Virus record (IMG/VR): IMGVR_UViG_3300035501_001058
DNA: 64,000 nucleotides
Reading direction: 5' to 3' (one strand)
Source: an uncultured virus (IMG/VR IMGVR_UViG_3300035501_001058)
Lineage: Duplodnaviria; Heunggongvirae; Uroviricota; Caudoviricetes
Part shown: positions 59,921 through 64,000 of the stretch, one piece after another
Numbering within the stretch: position 1 is the stretch's first letter
Layout of the letters: each line of letters begins with the position of its first letter
The notes under the pieces: generated by a model
What the model saw: only the letters and a program-made list of their open reading frames with translations
The model's database searches: none
Told to the model about the DNA's origin: nothing
Position numbers and translations under genes: made by a program

Positions 59921-60917
59921 TGCTAATTTTTTAGGAGATATTAAATCTGATAAAGAAACGCCTAAGGAAGAGAAAGTATTATCACAGGCGGATACTAATT
60001 TTTTGGAAGAGTTTGATACTGTATCTATTGTAACCGTTGATAAAGATGATACAACAGTAAAATCAGATACTGCTGTAATTAATAAAAATTCTGAGGATAA
60101 GATAGAAGAGCAAGAGCTAGAAAAAAAGTTAATTGAGCAACCTCTAGAAGAATTGGAATTTGATGCTGATGCTATCGAGAAAAAGAAAGAAACATCAGAA
60201 ACATCACAGCAAGTAAACAGTACAGCAGATGAATCTACACAACTTAGTGAATTAAGTACATATGAAAAGTTGTGCTCAACTGCAGCAATACTTGATGATA
60301 AAGCTGAAGATGCTTTTTCGAGAGTGAAACAGAAAGCGAGTATTCTTGCTAACAGCGCTTTAGCAGTTTTTAATAATAATAAAAATCTTAAAGTGTTTGA
60401 AAACGGTAAATTAGTCATTTGTGGAGATTTTGAATTTTTGCTACATAAAGATGAATTAATGTTATTGAAATACACCGGCATGAGTTCTAGAGTTATTTGT
60501 CCGGATGAAGTTGGTGGAAAACCTGTGAGATATATACATTCTAATGCTTTTAAAATTGGTCATTTTAATGGTACTAATAAAATTAAAGCAGTGTTTAGGG
60601 TACTCAAGAATGAAGATATACTATTACATGATGTAGATAGTTTGAAATATGCTGCTATGCAAATAACATACTTGCAATTGCCAGTTGGTTTACAGTTTAT
60701 ACCAAATGATTTATTTAGATTTTGTCCAGGACTATACTCTATAGAGATACCACAAAGTGTAGTTAGTATAGCCCCGGCAGCGTTTAATAATAGCAAACTT
60801 AATACAATTTTCTTTAGTAATAATTGTGTTAAAAATATGAAGTTTGTTAAATTTCAAGAAAATACCAGGTTATTTGTAAAGAAAAATGTCGTTCGTTCTT
60901 ACAGGGTGGTGAGCTAA
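59907..60917 (+). CDS. Acidic N-terminal region + TpLRR (LRR_5)-type leucine-rich repeats
   Basis: LPVGLQFIPNDLFRFCPGLYSIEIPQSVVSIAPAAFNNSKL. Confidence 0.75.
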   Translation: MQLTDANFLGDIKSDKETPKEEKVLSQADTNFLEEFDTVSIVTVDKDDTTVKSDTAVINKNSEDKIEEQELEKKLIEQPLEELEFDADAIEKKKETSETSQQVNSTADESTQLSELSTYEKLCSTAAILDDKAEDAFSRVKQKASILANSALAVFNNNKNLKVFENGKLVICGDFEFLLHKDELMLLKYTGMSSRVICPDEVGGKPVRYIHSNAFKIGHFNGTNKIKAVFRVLKNEDILLHDVDSLKYAAMQITYLQLPVGLQFIPNDLFRFCPGLYSIEIPQSVVSIAPAAFNNSKLNTIFFSNNCVKNMKFVKFQENTRLFVKKNVVRSYRVVS

Positions 60918-61270
60918 TGAGTGAAAAACTTGTAAAGGTACTTTGGAAAGTAGACATAGTAATAGTACTAGTTAAATTTGTTTTGGCTTGGATCAGTACA
61001 TTAGGAGATATTACTTTTAGTAAGATATGGAATAAGAAACTCAGTGTTCTCTTTGATGTGCAATCTATCAAGACTATAATGTTTCAACGCAATCTAACTT
61101 TTTGGATAATACTTGCTTTAGTCAATGTTCTAATAATCGGTATGTGGTTATTATCTTCTAATGGTAAAAAGCAAAAAGAAGACACTGCAGAAACAAAAGT
61201 AATTATTGTGCCACAAAACAATGATAGTACTGTAAAACAGCATGAAGAAACAGAAATGAAAGTATTCTAG
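60917..61270 (+). CDS. Two-TM membrane protein
   Basis: Two hydrophobic helices; tail ends TEMKVF. Confidence 0.7.
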   Translation: MSEKLVKVLWKVDIVIVLVKFVLAWISTLGDITFSKIWNKKLSVLFDVQSIKTIMFQRNLTFWIILALVNVLIIGMWLLSSNGKKQKEDTAETKVIIVPQNNDSTVKQHEETEMKVF

Positions 61271-61281
61271 GGGGAATAGAA

Positions 61282-61662
61282 ATGAATAAAGTACAATCGC
61301 TCTTTTTACTTATAATTATTGATGCAATAGTACTAGTGTACTGTTTCAAAGCAACTATAACCTTATTGATTTTACCAGACAAGTTAGTTACGTGGTTATT
61401 CGATAAAGTCTTTAAAACCTTAGATATGGGTAGTACCACAATGGTTGTAGCTGCAGCAGAAGCAGCGTCCCATAAGACTAGTTTGATAGTTTTATTAATA
61501 GTAAATATTCTAGTAATAGTTTTTAAATTATTAGCCTCAAAAGGCAGAAAAAGATCCAAATCAAATGGCACTAAGCAGTTATTAACTACTGTAAATAATG
61601 CACAGACTACTTCTGTTGAGCCGGATTTAGCAGAACGAAATAAAGATCTTAATGTTTTTTAA
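61282..61662 (+). CDS. Two-TM membrane protein
   Basis: Two hydrophobic helices; tail ends KDLNVF. Confidence 0.7.
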   Translation: MNKVQSLFLLIIIDAIVLVYCFKATITLLILPDKLVTWLFDKVFKTLDMGSTTMVVAAAEAASHKTSLIVLLIVNILVIVFKLLASKGRKRSKSNGTKQLLTTVNNAQTTSVEPDLAERNKDLNVF

Positions 61663-61664
61663 TC

Positions 61665-61699
61665 AAATTCTAGTGGTGTAGTAGCCACTAGAATTTTTT
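61665..61699 (+). terminator. Intrinsic terminator
   Basis: 12-bp stem aaattctagtgg/ccactagaattt followed by T-run. Confidence 0.75.
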
Positions 61700-61711
61700 A
61701 GGAGGTAAATT

Positions 61712-62110
61712 ATGTTGGTTTATAGTCCAGATGATGTAATGAAAATGAATAGTGCTAATGCAATTATTACAAAATATAATCATAGTCACAGAGTAAAGGC
61801 TATTTATTTTATGGCGCTAGGGTTGGATAGATTTATACCAGAACTATGGTTTAAACGTTTGCTCTTTAGTGAAGATAGCGAAGAATATGTTGGATACATG
61901 GATTATTATTTAGATCCATGTGCAAATTTTACATGCAGGATAATGGATATTGAATTAGATGATTGTAGTAAAACCGATATTGAAGAATTAGAAATTTATC
62001 TAAGACAGTATGGTACAACAATACAATTCTTAATAAAAGATGAAAGAGATAAAAGGCTAGCATCGATATTTTCGGATGCAGTAGAAAAGATTTATAAGGA
62101 GGATTTATAA
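61712..62110 (+). CDS. Hypothetical protein
   Basis: AGGAGG RBS. Confidence 0.65.
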   Translation: MLVYSPDDVMKMNSANAIITKYNHSHRVKAIYFMALGLDRFIPELWFKRLLFSEDSEEYVGYMDYYLDPCANFTCRIMDIELDDCSKTDIEELEIYLRQYGTTIQFLIKDERDKRLASIFSDAVEKIYKEDL

Positions 62111-62111
62111 A

Positions 62112-62534
62112 ATGGTAGTTTATTATGTTAATAAAAATAGTTTAGGTGTTGAAGTTTTCAATGGTATAAATGATTTGCTCAATAATGTAGATAATAGAGA
62201 TACATTAAAAAATGCAGATTTAATGAGTTTGCGCTCAGGAGAATTATTTATAGAGAGGATTAATAGTGTCGAGCAGCTTAAAGAGTTTGTTTTGCAGATA
62301 CCAGCTAAAAGTAAGGATTTTGATTTAGAGGTATACAGAGAACCAATGCAGACATTTATAGGTAAAGAAGCTGTTATTAACAAGATTAAAGAAAAATATG
62401 ATATTGATGATGGGCTTATAAATGAAATGTTATTTATTATGAAGCCGGATTGTTTTTATGGTTTGTTATCTAAACGAGAATTTAACGAGGAACTTGATAC
62501 TGTACATAATATGGTGCTTCAGGAGGTAGAATAA
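62112..62534 (+). CDS. Hypothetical protein
   Basis: AGGAGG RBS; operonic. Confidence 0.65.
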   Translation: MVVYYVNKNSLGVEVFNGINDLLNNVDNRDTLKNADLMSLRSGELFIERINSVEQLKEFVLQIPAKSKDFDLEVYREPMQTFIGKEAVINKIKEKYDIDDGLINEMLFIMKPDCFYGLLSKREFNEELDTVHNMVLQEVE

Positions 62535-63442
62535 TGATTTCTGTTTCTATACTTGGTACTAGTGGTATGACACCGTTACCAAATAGGCATTTAAGCTCAT
62601 GTGTCTTTAGACATGATGGTGTACAGTTTTTAATTGATTGTGGGGAAGGCACACAGGTAGCTTTAAAAGAGGCAGGATATAGTTTAAAGAAGATTGATTA
62701 TATCCTTTTAACTCATTATCATACAGATCATGTTGGAGGCTTGGCAGGTTTATTGGCTAGTATGGCTAATAGTGAAAAGGATAATACAGTTACCATAATA
62801 GGTCCTAAAGGTTTAAATCGAGTGGTAAATGCTGTAAAGAGCTTAGTGTCTAAATTACCATTCACCATAAAAACTATTGAAATAGTTGATGAAGATGTAG
62901 TCTTAGAGTTAAATGGACTTAAGATAACACCTTTTTCTGTAGAACATAAGATTCCTTGCTTTGGATACAAAGTTATACTGCCAAGAGAGGGCAAATGCTT
63001 ACCAGAAAAGGCAGCTAGTAATGATGTTCCAATAGAGATTTGGAGTGAATTACAGCATAATAAAGTTGTTGAACGTGATGGTAGAATTTTTACAAAAGAT
63101 TTAATTATGACAGATGCAAGAAAAGAAATTAAGTTTGTTTACACTACTGACACAAGACCTTGTAATAATATTGTGGAAGCAGCAAAAAATGCAGACCTGT
63201 TTGTGTGTGAGGGTATGTATGGTGATTATGAACAAATAACGAAAGCAAAGAAGAATTATCACATGATGATGCAGGAAGCAGCAGAGATTGCATCAAAAGC
63301 CGGACCAGCAAAATTAGTTCTTACTCATTATAGCCCAAGTATGGTAAAACCTGAACAATACTTAAGTGAATTACGGTATGTATTTAATAAGGTAGAAATG
63401 GGTTATGACGGTTACACAGTTGAGTTAGATTATGAGAAGTAG
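62534..63442 (+). CDS. rnz: Ribonuclease Z (tRNA 3' processing, metallo-beta-lactamase fold)
   Basis: LGTSG..P...R, LIDCGEGTQ, THYHTDH, exosite insert, YTTDTRP and LTHYSP. Confidence 0.92.
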   Translation: MISVSILGTSGMTPLPNRHLSSCVFRHDGVQFLIDCGEGTQVALKEAGYSLKKIDYILLTHYHTDHVGGLAGLLASMANSEKDNTVTIIGPKGLNRVVNAVKSLVSKLPFTIKTIEIVDEDVVLELNGLKITPFSVEHKIPCFGYKVILPREGKCLPEKAASNDVPIEIWSELQHNKVVERDGRIFTKDLIMTDARKEIKFVYTTDTRPCNNIVEAAKNADLFVCEGMYGDYEQITKAKKNYHMMMQEAAEIASKAGPAKLVLTHYSPSMVKPEQYLSELRYVFNKVEMGYDGYTVELDYEK

Positions 63443-63459
63443 ATTGTGGGGGTGCTACT

Positions 63460-64000
63460 ATGAAGAATGAATTTGCGAAGACTCGTGAAGAGGAATTAGC
63501 TGAAGCTTTAAATAAGGAAAAAAAGAAACAGGCAACTAAGAAAATCATAGGTGCCGTAGTTGCTTTAATACTAGCAATACTTTATTGTCCACTTCCTGAC
63601 CCTTTACCCGGACCTGTAGATGATGCATCATTTCTAGGTGTAGCCTCTATATATTTGGTATACGCTATTCATTATGCAAGAAATGTTGCAGCCACATTAG
63701 TTGTCACTACACAATTAGTAAATCAGGCAGATAAGTCCATAGAAAATGCAACAGCAACAGCTAAAAGTGCTGTAGGGGTAACTAATAATGTTAAGGATAT
63801 TGCAGTATCATTTAAAGATGCTGATTCTATTGATGAATTAGAAAAAAGAAAGCTGGCTGTGGATAATAGTATACAAGAAACTCAGAATAGATTTGAGAGC
63901 ACCAAGCAATCTTTAGCAGAAACGCAAGAGATGTTTAATAGTTTAAAAAATAATAGAAAGACTAATGAGAGCGTAGATAGTCTAGATACAATTCACACTC
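63460..64000 (+). CDS. Membrane protein with YkvA/DUF1232-like re-entrant motif and coiled coil; truncated by window end
   Basis: Open frame from ATG at 63460: MKNEFAK...LILAILYCPLPDPLPGPVDDASFL...; no stop before 64000. Confidence 0.6.
   Translation, partial: MKNEFAKTREEELAEALNKEKKKQATKKIIGAVVALILAILYCPLPDPLPGPVDDASFLGVASIYLVYAIHYARNVAATLVVTTQLVNQADKSIENATATAKSAVGVTNNVKDIAVSFKDADSIDELEKRKLAVDNSIQETQNRFESTKQSLAETQEMFNSLKNNRKTNESVDSLDTIHT

Larger units (their letters stand above)
1..64000 (+). mobile_element. Segment of a large conjugative plasmid/ICE-like element (boundaries outside window)
   Basis: All credible ORFs are co-oriented. T4SS-like block, own DnaB-like helicase, sigma factor, GreA and DnaK; mostly orphan ORFs; no housekeeping operons or virion genes recognised. 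Confidence 0.7.

Noticed and set aside
731..62994. Minus-strand ORFs in the six-frame track (e.g. 8518..8937, 55545..55943, 59855..60481)
   Set aside because: Nearly all lie antisense to longer + strand genes, lack RBSs and show no motifs; treated as shadow ORFs.
1..64000. Jumbo-phage interpretation; tRNA/rRNA genes
   Set aside because: No terminase, portal, capsid or tail motifs were recognised, while a T4SS-like block is present. No cloverleaf or rRNA-like GC-rich stretch was seen by eye; no scan was run.

Overview
This AT-rich 64-kb window looks like part of a large, probably extrachromosomal, conjugative element from a low-GC Gram-positive (Bacillota/Clostridia-like) host. That assignment is inference from gene content and AGGAGG-type ribosome-binding sites. 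Every credible gene lies on the + strand. From left to right: (1) a divergent Gram-positive-type conjugation (T4SS) block at ~1-14.1 kb, with a giant multi-pass protein carrying an SGNH hydrolase domain, a VirB4-like ATPase and a lysozyme-like/NlpC-P60 wall hydrolase; (2) a replication/transcription block (HRDC, NERD, degenerate DnaC-like, GreA, SF2 helicase, DnaB-like helicase); (3) an accessory region of small ORFs, Fic, HD hydrolase and a nucleotide kinase, plus an expanding and decaying array of BspA/DUF285-type 26-aa repeat genes, one fused to NADAR, followed by a dynamin-like GTPase; (4) HEPN with an MNT remnant, DnaK, a primase Zn finger, a RuvC-like nuclease and signal peptidase I; (5) a sigma-factor/lipoprotein cluster, a NYN nuclease and RNase Z. 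The most striking unexplained signal is a short peptide tag, [ML]-x-x-F, at the extreme N- or C-terminus of about 20 ORFs, most of them unrelated. In several cases the tag is encoded by repeated hairpin/RBS DNA cassettes shared between non-homologous genes. A candidate element-specific promoter motif, AACC-N21-TATWW, also recurs in intergenic DNA. No rRNA, tRNA, CRISPR array, relaxase, integrase or virion gene was recognised. All annotations come from reading motifs by eye; no database search was run.
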